The translations under genes were made by a program, and so were the position numbers. A stretch of 64,000 bases of DNA, from contig JBBRAE010000012.1 in NCBI GenBank assembly GCA_038207085.1, positions 1 through 64,000 of the forward strand, in the 5' to 3' direction. Shown here one piece after another: positions 8,571 to 20,889 of the stretch (position 1 is its first letter; every line of letters starts with the position of its first letter). The DNA is from Armatimonadota bacterium (GTDB taxonomy: Bacteria; Armatimonadota; UBA5829; DTLH01). Under the pieces are notes generated by a model. The model had not been told where the DNA came from. It was given only the letters and a program-made list of their open reading frames with translations, and made no database searches.

Positions 8571-10907
8571 CTACGGACCAACAGCGCTCCACGTGTCCGG
8601 CAGGTCGTCAAGCGATAAGGGCTTTCTGGTCTGAGTCAGGCTCTTAACAAGCACAACAGTTGTTCCTTCATGGCCGGTGGAAAGGACTATCCTGTCGGAA
8701 ACCTCAAGCATGATCGAGTATCCCATGCCCATTGAGACCTTGGTTGAGTAGCCACGGCGAAGTGTGGCGCTTGGCAGGGTGATCGTCGCGATCCCTGGCC
8801 CGTGATCGGCGCAGCCGACCCAGACGGTGTCGGTCCCGACACCAGCGAACACCACGGCGCTTCCGGCGTGTTTGATCGAGTTGTTCATAGCCTCACCGAC
8901 CCCTGTTACAAACAGCACCAGATCATCGCCCTCCAAACCGTGATCCCGGCAGTATTCCTCGACCGTGCGCCGCACAGCTGCGGCCTCGGCGTGGGTCGAA
9001 ATAGTGGTCTGTATCTCGGCAAGGGAGAGGTAGTAGCGGGATTCATCGATACCGACGACCTGGAGCTTGCCATCGGTCACACTGCTGATCGTCTCGCGGT
9101 AGAACTGGCGCTTTTCCTCTTCGGCCCGCCGCAGCGCAACCTCCGCCTGTTTGCGGGCCGTGGTGTCTTCAAATAGAACGCCAACGCTGTTGTCCGGGAT
9201 GGGAAAGGCCCTGAACGAAAAATACCTGGGCTGCACTCTCACGTCCCCGTAGGCGAAGTCATCTATAACGAATGGTTCCCCGGTGCGCGCCACTTCGGCA
9301 AAACGCTGCGGAATCCCCCGCTCACGAAGCCCCGGAAACACCTCGTCTATACGTTTGCCGATTAGATTCCCCTCGCTTAGGCCAAGGGCGGTGGTGGACG
9401 CCGGATTGGCCGAGACGAGCACAAGCGACATATCGTCTTTGGGGTCCTCCAGGTGGTAGACATAAAGCCCTACCTGCATGTTTCGCACGATATCGGCGTA
9501 GGCGCGCATCGCATCTCTGGACTTTTTGCGTTCAGTGATGTCCCGCACGATCGAAAAGAGTAATTCCTTGCCGCCGTAAATGAGGCGTGTGCCGTGGACT
9601 TCCACATCAAAAAGCGCACCACCTTTGCGCACGTCAACAGACTCAGCTTCAAACCACTTGCCGGGAGAGACTGATTCAAACTCCTGAAACAGATTGTAGT
9701 GTTTTGGTTCGACTATGTCGTGCCCCGAAAGATTGACAAGCTCCTCAGCCGAATAGCCGTATACCTCTCTTGCTTTCACGTTCGCGTCCACTATGTTGCC
9801 GTCCAAGTCAAATACCAGAAATGCATCGGTGTTGGAGTCGAAAATCGCCTTATACCGCTCTTCGCTCTCGCGCAGAGCTTCCTCGGCAAGCTTTCGGTCG
9901 GTGATGTCGTAGACCGCGCCGTGGATCAGACCGGGCTGATGATCTGCAGAAGCGGTTTGCGCGACATCGAGCACCCACCGCATCTGCCCGTCTTTTCGAA
10001 ATATCCGGTACTCGTGATTGGCGCGATAGCCCGGCGTGCTCGCGAGCTTCTCCCCCTCTTCCGCGACCCGTATCACATCGTCGAGATGGACCAGTTGATG
10101 CCATTCGATAGCCCCCAAGGCGAAGTCTTCCTCGGTGTATCCGGTGATCTCTTGAAGCCTTCCCTCAAACAACACCGGACGCAAATCCGTTGGAGAAAGC
10201 TGGTAGGCGATCCCTGAGAAGTTTTGGATGAACTGGCGGTAGCGCTCTTCAGAGCGAAGAAGTGCGGCGTTCGAGCGTTCCAACTCCGACGTGCGCGCGG
10301 CAAGGGAAAGCATGGTGACTCTGAGAACGTCCTGGGCGAGGCTGAGCGTCAGTATCGCGGCCGTCGGCAGACACGCAAGAACTGTGATAAAGAGAACCCA
10401 TGAGGAAACGTAGCTGGCGTAGGACCTGGGCTCGACAATTGTAGGCACTCGAAGCAGGACGCCACTGATCACCCCCGCCGTAACTACTGCCAAGGCAACG
10501 CCGAGCAGGAGCAAACCGGCCCTGATCCCATAGAACACGGTGGCGAGGATGCAGGCAAGGAAAAACAGCACTGTCGACTGCCCGAGTAGCCCAAACTGAA
10601 ACAGTGTCGCGCAAGCCGCCACCCAAAGCGAAAGAAGTATCAACCCGGCTCGGACATCGGTCGACAGCGCCCCGCGCAGCAGGACTGCTACCCAGCCAAA
10701 CACCATTGCGGCGATATGAAACCCGAAAACCGACTGCCAACCCAGGTCTATCCCACGCGCAACGGAGGCGACAACAACCGGAGTAGACAGCGCAACCACA
10801 ACAACGAGCGCTCGGTTCACCAACCGGCTCTGCACCGCCGCCAGGGACTCCACATCCGACCAAGAACCACTCCGTCCCCCAGCACTGTCCCTGTGTTGCT
10901 CGACCAA
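8571..10907 (-). CDS. Membrane PAS-domain sensor with C-terminal HATPase_c (RsbW/anti-sigma-kinase-like) domain
   Basis: N-terminal TM helices, three PAS/PAC domains (DITDRK, DITERK, DTTARK), N-box EAMNNSIKHA, G1 DHGPGI, G2 GMG; no HisKA motif evident. Confidence 0.85.
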   Translation of the reverse strand: MVEQHRDSAGGRSGSWSDVESLAAVQSRLVNRALVVVVALSTPVVVASVARGIDLGWQSVFGFHIAAMVFGWVAVLLRGALSTDVRAGLILLSLWVAACATLFQFGLLGQSTVLFFLACILATVFYGIRAGLLLLGVALAVVTAGVISGVLLRVPTIVEPRSYASYVSSWVLFITVLACLPTAAILTLSLAQDVLRVTMLSLAARTSELERSNAALLRSEERYRQFIQNFSGIAYQLSPTDLRPVLFEGRLQEITGYTEEDFALGAIEWHQLVHLDDVIRVAEEGEKLASTPGYRANHEYRIFRKDGQMRWVLDVAQTASADHQPGLIHGAVYDITDRKLAEEALRESEERYKAIFDSNTDAFLVFDLDGNIVDANVKAREVYGYSAEELVNLSGHDIVEPKHYNLFQEFESVSPGKWFEAESVDVRKGGALFDVEVHGTRLIYGGKELLFSIVRDITERKKSRDAMRAYADIVRNMQVGLYVYHLEDPKDDMSLVLVSANPASTTALGLSEGNLIGKRIDEVFPGLRERGIPQRFAEVARTGEPFVIDDFAYGDVRVQPRYFSFRAFPIPDNSVGVLFEDTTARKQAEVALRRAEEEKRQFYRETISSVTDGKLQVVGIDESRYYLSLAEIQTTISTHAEAAAVRRTVEEYCRDHGLEGDDLVLFVTGVGEAMNNSIKHAGSAVVFAGVGTDTVWVGCADHGPGIATITLPSATLRRGYSTKVSMGMGYSIMLEVSDRIVLSTGHEGTTVVLVKSLTQTRKPLSLDDLPDTWSAVGP

Positions 10908-11091
10908 TACAGGCCTCCCTTTGTATGGGTAGTTATCAATTACCTTGAGCTTTTACCCAAAACCAGGCAGGTTGGAATAGGCAGGTCGAACTGGGTGCGT
11001 ATCGCTTCGACTGCCGCTCAAACTTGTGGTACCATACCTGACGCAGCACTTGGTGTTTCAAACCGTACAGCAGAGGTATCAGAGTATCATT

Positions 11092-11463
11092 ATGACGAAC
11101 TTCACGCTTCCGACGGGCACCAATATAGGCAACGTTCACCTCAGGATATCGTCGCTTGAGCGTTCGGTGAACTTTTACTCGGCGCTCCTCGGGTTTCGTG
11201 AGGTCGACAAGTGGGGGCACACGGCGAAACTGTCGGCTTCTGGTGAGCTTCCGGGGCAGATTCTTCTGACCGAGCTTGAGGACTCCACCGGGCTTGTCTC
11301 GTTTGCCCTGGTCCTCCCGGACGAAGCCACGTGGAACGCGCTCAAGGCTCGGATAGAAGAGTCTGGCCTACCGACGCAGAAGCCGGGGCACTCCGACTAC
11401 GCGATGAGCATGATCGTGCGTGACCCGGATCAAAACGCGGTTGAGATAGTGGCGAACGGGTAG
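11092..11463 (+). CDS. VOC/glyoxalase family protein (CatE-like, single domain)
   Basis: IGNVHLRISSLERSVNFYSALLGF and RDPDQNAVEI motifs. Confidence 0.85.
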   Translation: MTNFTLPTGTNIGNVHLRISSLERSVNFYSALLGFREVDKWGHTAKLSASGELPGQILLTELEDSTGLVSFALVLPDEATWNALKARIEESGLPTQKPGHSDYAMSMIVRDPDQNAVEIVANG

Positions 11464-11478
11464 AGCAACGCCGTGAAC

Positions 11479-11504
11479 GTAGGGGCGGACCAATGTGTCC
11501 GCCC
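11479..11504 (+). repeat. GTAG-type REP, copy 1
   Basis: GTAGGGGCGGACCAATGTGTCCGCCC; reverse-complement copy at 29240-29265. Confidence 0.8.
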
Positions 11505-11584
11505 TTTTGCGATTACGCTGGATGCCTGGGCTTGGCTAAGCTTCGAGTGTGTTGGTGGGAGTTGATTCTTTGGGTGGAGCGCAC

Positions 11585-11750
11585 GTTTCGAGAGCCTCAA
11601 CGTGATTAGATTTAGATTGATCTATATTTGATAAATTGGTGGTCGCTCACCCTTCGTGCTTCGAAAGCCTCAGCAGGGCTCAGGGTGGATGTACAATCTT
11701 CTCATACATCCACCCAAGCCAACCCATCACCCTGAGGCTCTCGAAGGGTG
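11585..11750. repeat. Cluster of REP-like palindromes (TTCGA.AGCCTCA / TGAGGCTCTCGAA family)
   Basis: Three related units plus nested inverted repeats between convergent genes. Confidence 0.6.
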
Positions 11751-11789
11751 CGCTACACAAATCAAAGGGCGTACTACAGACTCCGGTAG

Positions 11790-14894
<3,105 letters not shown>

Positions 14895-14923
14895 TCACGG
14901 CTCCCTGATATATTCCAAAATCT

Positions 14924-16399
14924 CTAAAATGAGTAGTTCGCCGAAAGCTGCAGGCTATCCTCCTTCTGGGGCAGCTTAAAACTGTCATATCTTAGCGACA
15001 CGCTGCCGCGCGGGGTGATGTCCCGGGTAGCGATCAGGGAGAGCCTGCTCTGGTCAAACGGATTGGGGCCGTCGGATTCTTTAGGCTGTCGGCTAAGGTA
15101 CTCGGCGATTCCGCTCCAGTAGCTGCCAAACTTGTGGTCTGCGCGAAGGTAGAACGCCTCACTGTTCGAGCCTACGGGGTGGCCTATCACGAAGTTGTCG
15201 TGGGTGTAGGTAAGCCCCTGCACGCCGGGGCGGGTGGCCTGATAGGTTCCGGGGTCGGTTTGGATATACTCCGCGCGGAAGCTCGTTTGCCCGTCGCCAA
15301 GGAGGTTCGGCCAGTAGCCTCCTACCAGATAACCGGTCTTGCGGGGCAGATTCCAGGCAGCACCCTCGTGCAGATACTGCGGCGCCTGCATGTCGTCCAC
15401 AACCCAGTCGACGTAGCCCTGGAAGCGCGGAGTGAACCTGTACCACAGGTCAATCGACATCATGTTGTTGATATCAGAGTCGACGTCGTAGCGAAAAATG
15501 TCCTGGTAAAGATAAAAAGGCAGGACGAAGATCAATGGGTTCGGCTTGACGTTGGTCGTCTTTGCAGCCTCGTTGAAAGACAGGTAGAGCTTCTCGTTGA
15601 ATCTCTTTTCCCAGTGGCGCCCATAAAGGTAGTATCTTGCCCCCGAATCCTCAAAGGAACTCGCGAACTCAGTGATCTTGATGTACCCGATGTGCTTGCC
15701 GAAGTTGATGTCAGCGCCGATCTTGCCCATCAAAAAGCCGGGGCTGTTGTCCGATAGGATCATCGAGCCACTGTAGCCGGGGCTCCACCAAAGATAATCC
15801 TGCCCGACTTCCCACTCCCAGTGCTCAGTCTTGCCGCGCACGAAATACTTGTCGAAGATCGAGAAGGCGTCGCCGTCGGCTCGCCTCCGGACGTTTGAGA
15901 AGGTCGCATCTCCCCATGAGTATTTGCTCGGGCTTACGAGCCCGGTTGCGCGGTAGTCGGCAAACGCGCCGAGGTCGCCACCTGATAGCTCAAGAGTCGG
16001 CGCGACGAAACCAGCCGGCGTCCAAGTCTTGATAGCCGCCCACGGCAGCGCTTTTTCGTAAGCCGCGCCCGCGCCAAGCATCAGAAGCTCCGCGCGGTAA
16101 TCAAGAGCGAGCTTGCCGAGGATGGCCCGGTCTGACTCGGGAGTCGCGTCCGTCGCAGTCTCAATGGCCTGTTTGACGAACCTTGCCATCTCTTCGCGGT
16201 CGTAAGCCCAGTTGCCTTCAAAACGCTGGGAGGTCTCACCGGGCACAAGCCCACGGCCTGCTAGGTGGATCATCGCGTCGTAGGACCAGTCTTCACGGGG
16301 CACACGGTCGACCGACGCGGTCGGGACCGGACGAGACGCGCAAACATTCGCCGTCGCCAGTAACACGGCGGCGACAGCGATTAAACCCTTCACCTTCAT
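14924..16399 (-). CDS. Capsule assembly Wzi-family outer membrane protein with N-terminal SLH-like segment
   Basis: Start re-called at MKVKGLIAV (16399); WWSPGYSGSMILSDNSP Wzi-like motif; IGHPVGSNS; C-terminal YSF. Confidence 0.75.
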   Translation of the reverse strand: MKVKGLIAVAAVLLATANVCASRPVPTASVDRVPREDWSYDAMIHLAGRGLVPGETSQRFEGNWAYDREEMARFVKQAIETATDATPESDRAILGKLALDYRAELLMLGAGAAYEKALPWAAIKTWTPAGFVAPTLELSGGDLGAFADYRATGLVSPSKYSWGDATFSNVRRRADGDAFSIFDKYFVRGKTEHWEWEVGQDYLWWSPGYSGSMILSDNSPGFLMGKIGADINFGKHIGYIKITEFASSFEDSGARYYLYGRHWEKRFNEKLYLSFNEAAKTTNVKPNPLIFVLPFYLYQDIFRYDVDSDINNMMSIDLWYRFTPRFQGYVDWVVDDMQAPQYLHEGAAWNLPRKTGYLVGGYWPNLLGDGQTSFRAEYIQTDPGTYQATRPGVQGLTYTHDNFVIGHPVGSNSEAFYLRADHKFGSYWSGIAEYLSRQPKESDGPNPFDQSRLSLIATRDITPRGSVSLRYDSFKLPQKEDSLQLSANYSF

Positions 16400-16401
16400 A
16401 G

Positions 16402-17067
16402 TCAATAAGCGCCTTTTCCTGATAAAACAGCCGGGATTGTTCGTAAAAGAATGCTGACATCGATCCACACGGAGCGGCAGTCGATGTATTTGAGGTCGAG
16501 GAGCACCCAGTCCTCGAAGCTGAGGTTGCTGCGACCGCTCACCTGCCAAAGACAAGTGATACCCGGCACAACCGAGAGCCTGCGGAACTGCCAGTCTTCA
16601 TACTTCGCGACCTCGCACGGGAGCGGAGGCCGAGGTCCGACAAAGCACATGTCACCTTTGAGCACGTTGAATATCTGAGGAAGCTCGTCTATGCTGTATC
16701 GCCTAAGCACACGCCCAATCGGGGTGACTCTGGGGTCGTTTTGGATCTTGAAGATCGGGCCTGAAGCTTCATTCTTGTCAAGAAGCGTCGCGCGGGTCTT
16801 CTCAGCCTCAGCGCACATGGAGCGAAACTTGTAAAATGTGAAGACGCGACCGCCCTGCCCCACCCTGTCCTGTTTGAATATGATGGGCCCGGGGCTATCG
16901 ATCTTGATCATGATCGCGACGATCAAAAACACCGGCCAGATGAGCAAAAGCAGCCCGACGGCGAGGATAATTCCTATCACCCGCTTGGCGAGTTTATACC
17001 TTCGCATGCCTGGCGCAACCGGAATGTCCGGCCAACTTCTCACTACATCTTTCTCACGATCAAACAT
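16402..17067 (-). CDS. Undecaprenyl-phosphate glycosyl-1-phosphate (priming) transferase
   Basis: KFRSM, DPRVT, SIDELPQ, VGPRP, PGITCLWQV motifs. Confidence 0.95.
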   Translation of the reverse strand: MFDREKDVVRSWPDIPVAPGMRRYKLAKRVIGIILAVGLLLLIWPVFLIVAIMIKIDSPGPIIFKQDRVGQGGRVFTFYKFRSMCAEAEKTRATLLDKNEASGPIFKIQNDPRVTPIGRVLRRYSIDELPQIFNVLKGDMCFVGPRPPLPCEVAKYEDWQFRRLSVVPGITCLWQVSGRSNLSFEDWVLLDLKYIDCRSVWIDVSILLRTIPAVLSGKGAY

Positions 17068-17623
17068 TGCCAGCTGTTATCCAATCGGCTGCAGCCGAAA
17101 GATCGACTGCGATATGATCAGGCGCGGGAGTAACCTCCGCGGCATCGAGTGCGGTCAGTTTTCCGGAAAGCACGAGCACAGTCTTGCAACCCGCCGCCTT
17201 TCCCGCCATGATATCCCGTTCGGCGTCCCCAACGAACACCGCGCGGGAAAGCTCGATTCCGTAGTCCTGCCGAGCTTGGTGAAGCATGCCCGGAAGCGGC
17301 TTGCGACACGCGCACTTCTCATCCGGGTGATGCGGGCAATAGTACATCTTTTCTATCATTCCACCGGCCTCGGCGACTCGCGTGCGGATCACTTCGTTGA
17401 TCCGGTCGAGCTCGTCCAAGCTCATAAGGCCCTTGGCGATAGAGGCCTGGTTGGAGACGATGAAGAGCGTCCACCCGTCATTATACAGACGAGCGAGCGC
17501 CTCCGGCGTGCCGGGCAAAAACTCGAACTCGGCGACGCTTTTTACATAATCGTCCCGGTCGCGGTTGATGACCCCGTCCCGGTCGACAAATACTACTCTT
17601 GTGAAATCTCTTTGTACAGGCAT
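17060..17623 (-). CDS. gmhB: D-glycero-D-manno-heptose 1,7-bisphosphate phosphatase (HAD)
   Basis: DRDGVIN, SNQ, CPHHP..C.CRKP, VGD...D motifs; start re-called at 17623. Confidence 0.92.
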   Translation of the reverse strand: MPVQRDFTRVVFVDRDGVINRDRDDYVKSVAEFEFLPGTPEALARLYNDGWTLFIVSNQASIAKGLMSLDELDRINEVIRTRVAEAGGMIEKMYYCPHHPDEKCACRKPLPGMLHQARQDYGIELSRAVFVGDAERDIMAGKAAGCKTVLVLSGKLTALDAAEVTPAPDHIAVDLSAAADWITAGNV

Positions 17624-18171
17624 ACGTAAATAATGTGCGAAAGGACGATGTGGACGTCCTCGATCTGCTGCATGGAGTCGCTTGCGACGACTATCGACTT
17701 GGTGGCAAGTTTCGAGAGCTTGCCGCCGCCCATTCCCGTCAGGCCGATTGTGGTCATTCCCATCTCGTTTGCTGTCTCGACCGCCCGGATAATGTTTGGC
17801 GAGTTGCCGCTTCCGCTGATTGCGACCAGCACGTCCCCGGCCTGCGCCCAGGTCTGCACCTGCTCGACGAAGATACTGGCATAATCGGTGTCGTTTGCCC
17901 AAGCGGTGATAAGCGGGGCCGAATCGGTGAGCGCCATCACTTTGAACTTCTTGCAGGTGAGGCAGCCGATGCCCTTTTGCAGGTCCTCGGACAGGTGCGA
18001 CGCCGTCGCCGCGCTTCCGCCGTTGCCGCAGATAAGAACGCGCCGGCCCTCAAGATATGCCTGCTTGATGACCTGGACTATCCCGTCGATCTGATCGCTC
18101 GGAAGCTTCGATATAAGCCCGGCGACTCCGCCGAGATAGTTCTCTATAAGCTGTGCTCTTTCGATAATCAT
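17593..18171 (-). CDS. gmhA: Sedoheptulose 7-phosphate isomerase (SIS domain)
   Basis: CGNGGSAA, ANDT, ISGSGNSPN, QIEDVH motifs. Confidence 0.92.
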   Translation of the reverse strand: MIIERAQLIENYLGGVAGLISKLPSDQIDGIVQVIKQAYLEGRRVLICGNGGSAATASHLSEDLQKGIGCLTCKKFKVMALTDSAPLITAWANDTDYASIFVEQVQTWAQAGDVLVAISGSGNSPNIIRAVETANEMGMTTIGLTGMGGGKLSKLATKSIVVASDSMQQIEDVHIVLSHIIYVCLYKEISQE

Positions 18172-18207
18172 AGGTTCCTCCGATAGCGCGATATGCGCGA
18201 AATGGCG

Positions 18208-19185
18208 CTATCTTCTGACATTAAATACTACTTTGCTCCCGTCCCGCTCAAGCCTGAACGGAAGTTCCCTAAGCTCTGCAAGCGCCTTTCGGACCTTGTG
18301 CTGGTGCGTAGGCGGGCAGTAGATGAGCAAAAACCCTCCGCCTCCCGCGCCCGCGACCTTGCCTCCGATAGCCCCGGCCTTGATCGCTTTTTCGTAGAAA
18401 TCATTGATCTGGTCGTTGCTGATGCCGTTTGCGAGCGATTTCTTGAGCTGCCAGCCGTCGCCAAGCACGTGCCCAAGCCGCACAATGTTCGACTTCTTGA
18501 GCGAGTCATTTAGACTTCTGGCCTGATCGCGCATGGCGATGAGCGCCTTCAAACGGTCATTGATGTTTTCTTTCTGCTCCGTAAGCACGCTTGCGGACTT
18601 GCGGGTGACGCCGGTGTAGAAGAGCATCAGGCTCTCATCCATCTGGCGGCGCTTGTCATCTTCAAGATCGACGCGCTCTGCGGTCACGCAGCCGTCGCAG
18701 CAGAAACGAAAATATTTGAGGCCGCCGTAGGCGGCGATGTATTGATCCTGTTTGCCAATAGGCTTGCCGAGGATGTCGATTTCGATCTCACAGGCCTCGC
18801 GCGCGAGCACTTCGGCGGGCATGATTTCGCCTTTAAACGCGTGCAGCGCGTTCAGCAGCCCTACCGTGACGGTGCTCGATGACCCCAGCCCCGAGCCCTC
18901 GCTTGGAACGTCGGCCATTGTAGAGATTTCGATACCCTTGGTGACGCCGACTTTGCGGAGACACTCGCGGACCAATTCATGCTCGATTTCGTCGATGTGA
19001 TCGACCATTTCGGTCTGAGAGTAGCCGACGCGGATTTTTTCGTCGAATCTTTCTTTGACAATTACATAAATGTATTTATCAATAGCCGAAGAAACGACGC
19101 AGCCTTCTTCCTGCTGGTAAAATCCTTCGAAATCTGTGCCACCACCAGCAAAACTAATCCTAAGCGGGGTCTGCGTGATGATCAA
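18208..19185 (-). CDS. hddA: D-glycero-alpha-D-manno-heptose 7-phosphate kinase (GHMP family)
   Basis: PLRISFAGGGTD, GSGLGSSS, GKQDQY, GAGGGGF motifs. Confidence 0.9.
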   Translation of the reverse strand: MIITQTPLRISFAGGGTDFEGFYQQEEGCVVSSAIDKYIYVIVKERFDEKIRVGYSQTEMVDHIDEIEHELVRECLRKVGVTKGIEISTMADVPSEGSGLGSSSTVTVGLLNALHAFKGEIMPAEVLAREACEIEIDILGKPIGKQDQYIAAYGGLKYFRFCCDGCVTAERVDLEDDKRRQMDESLMLFYTGVTRKSASVLTEQKENINDRLKALIAMRDQARSLNDSLKKSNIVRLGHVLGDGWQLKKSLANGISNDQINDFYEKAIKAGAIGGKVAGAGGGGFLLIYCPPTHQHKVRKALAELRELPFRLERDGSKVVFNVRR

Positions 19186-19248
19186 TTGTGAACCTCCTGT
19201 TCTAATCGTATTCTAGCACAGCCATTCCGATGCTACAAGAACATTTGT

Positions 19249-19370
19249 AGCTATCAGCCATCAGCTGGCAAAGCCCATGCCCCGTTTTACACATGCCGAA
19301 AGTGACTCAGCAGTGTACACAGACGCAAATGAGCCTCAGCCGCCAACTTCAGAGCTGACGGCTGATAGCT
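19249..19370. repeat. Heptamer-repeat inverted repeat pair
   Basis: AGCTATCAGCCATCAGCT (19249-19266) vs AGCTGACGGCTGATAGCT (19353-19370), 17/18 complementary. Confidence 0.65.
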
Positions 19371-19383
19371 GACAGCCAGAAGC

Positions 19384-19587
19384 CTAACGATGAAACTGTG
19401 CGTGTTTCGCGACGCGTTCTTTCGCGCGAGGTTCGCTCCTCAGATGAAAGTGAGTATGTTTCTCACCCTTTTCACGTCTTTTGCCAAGAGCGCAGGCGTC
19501 TTCAGAACCACAGCATGTGCACGTGACACCGGATAGGTCACACATCTGAGTTCCGCCAGCACTCCACCAATAGTCGCATTGCGCCAA
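19384..19587 (-). CDS. Small Cys-rich hypothetical protein (67 aa)
   Basis: AGGAGG 9 nt before TTG at 19587; six Cys in the first 32 aa, basic tail. Confidence 0.6.
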   Translation of the reverse strand: MAQCDYWWSAGGTQMCDLSGVTCTCCGSEDACALGKRREKGEKHTHFHLRSEPRAKERVAKHAQFHR

Positions 19588-19790
19588 CTTAGGAATCCTC
19601 CTTGAAGTAACTGCTTCTAAACCGATTATCGGCAAGCAAGTGTCACTTGTGGAGATATCACATTCACGGCGGAACTAAACTGGTAATGCCCCGTCTAAAA
19701 ATATAGCTGCCGAGCCGGTGCGGGCTAAACTACACAGACCTTGCCCGTTTCCATCCGATACAGACCACACAGGCTCGGCAGATACGAAAA

Positions 19791-20864
19791 TTACCTAAGG
19801 GGTGATACTCCAAGGCTTTCGGCGAGCTTGTTCAGTCCATCGACATGCTCGACAGACAGTGGAATCCCACACTTGGTCGCCCGATCGAACTTTTCCCACT
19901 CCATCTCACCAGGCAGATAAAGCCTCTCGCAGGCTTCAGAGCGTGGGGTAGCCTTGATCCCCCGGATCATATGGTCCATCCTAGCTTTGAAGTCCTCAAT
20001 CGGCATCATCTTGCCGATGTCGATGACGATAAACGCGTGCCCCTCGTCTGTCAGCTCGCCGACTCTCCCCATCCACGGCACGATGTCGCGAGTCATAAGC
20101 GAGCCCGTGAGAGCCCCCGCAAGCACCTCGACCATCACAGCGAGGCCATAGCCCTTGTGCCCACCGGTCGGGAGGAGCATCGCGGAGGTGGGATACTTGC
20201 ATGCGTCGTTTGTCGGAAGGCCATGTTCATCTACAAGCCAGTTGTCGGGGACGCGCCCTTCTTTGCCGCCTGCCGCGTAGACTTTGGCGGCGGCGACGAC
20301 GCTGAAGGCCACATCCAGGAAAACGGGGTGCTCCTCGCCTGCCGGGACAGCGTAGGCGAAGGGGTTGTTCCCCATCACCCCGCACTTTGCGCCGGGGATC
20401 GTCATGTTGACCTCGACGTTGCTCATCGCGATGCCGATCATGTCGCGCTTGATGGCCATATTGGCGTAGTACCCAGCTGCGCCGAAGTGGGTGCTTCCCT
20501 TGACTCCGACGTAGGCTATTCCGACGTTTGACGCCTTCTCTATCGCAAGCTCCATAGCCCGAACGGAAGAGACGTGCGCCATCCCACGGCGGGCGTCAAT
20601 GGTTGCCCAGCCGGGGCCGTCGGTTAGAGTTTCGGGGGTGGCGAGCGGGTCGATCCCGCCTGCGAGGATCTTTTGGGTATAGTTTCCGAGCTGCTTTGTA
20701 CCGTGGGTCGCGATCCCCCACTGGTCGGTCGTGACGAGCACCTCCGAGGCGATCCGAGCCTCATCCTCACGCATACCGCAGTGAACGAGCATACCCGTGC
20801 TAAACTCCTTCAGGCGCTCGATCTCAAAAGTTATATAACTGACTTGGGACTCTGTTTTCATCAT
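19791..20864 (-). CDS. Ldh_2 family (type 2 malate/L-lactate dehydrogenase-like) oxidoreductase
   Basis: THG, HFGAAGYYA, GNNPFAYA, GGHKGYGL motifs; start re-called at MMKTESQ. Confidence 0.92.
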   Translation of the reverse strand: MMKTESQVSYITFEIERLKEFSTGMLVHCGMREDEARIASEVLVTTDQWGIATHGTKQLGNYTQKILAGGIDPLATPETLTDGPGWATIDARRGMAHVSSVRAMELAIEKASNVGIAYVGVKGSTHFGAAGYYANMAIKRDMIGIAMSNVEVNMTIPGAKCGVMGNNPFAYAVPAGEEHPVFLDVAFSVVAAAKVYAAGGKEGRVPDNWLVDEHGLPTNDACKYPTSAMLLPTGGHKGYGLAVMVEVLAGALTGSLMTRDIVPWMGRVGELTDEGHAFIVIDIGKMMPIEDFKARMDHMIRGIKATPRSEACERLYLPGEMEWEKFDRATKCGIPLSVEHVDGLNKLAESLGVSPLR

Positions 20865-20889
20865 GTATCCTCTATCCTCCAAGAATAAC

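Noticed and set aside
19384..19587. SCIFF-type RiPP precursor
   Set aside because: Cys spacing differs from SCIFF and no radical SAM maturase is in the window
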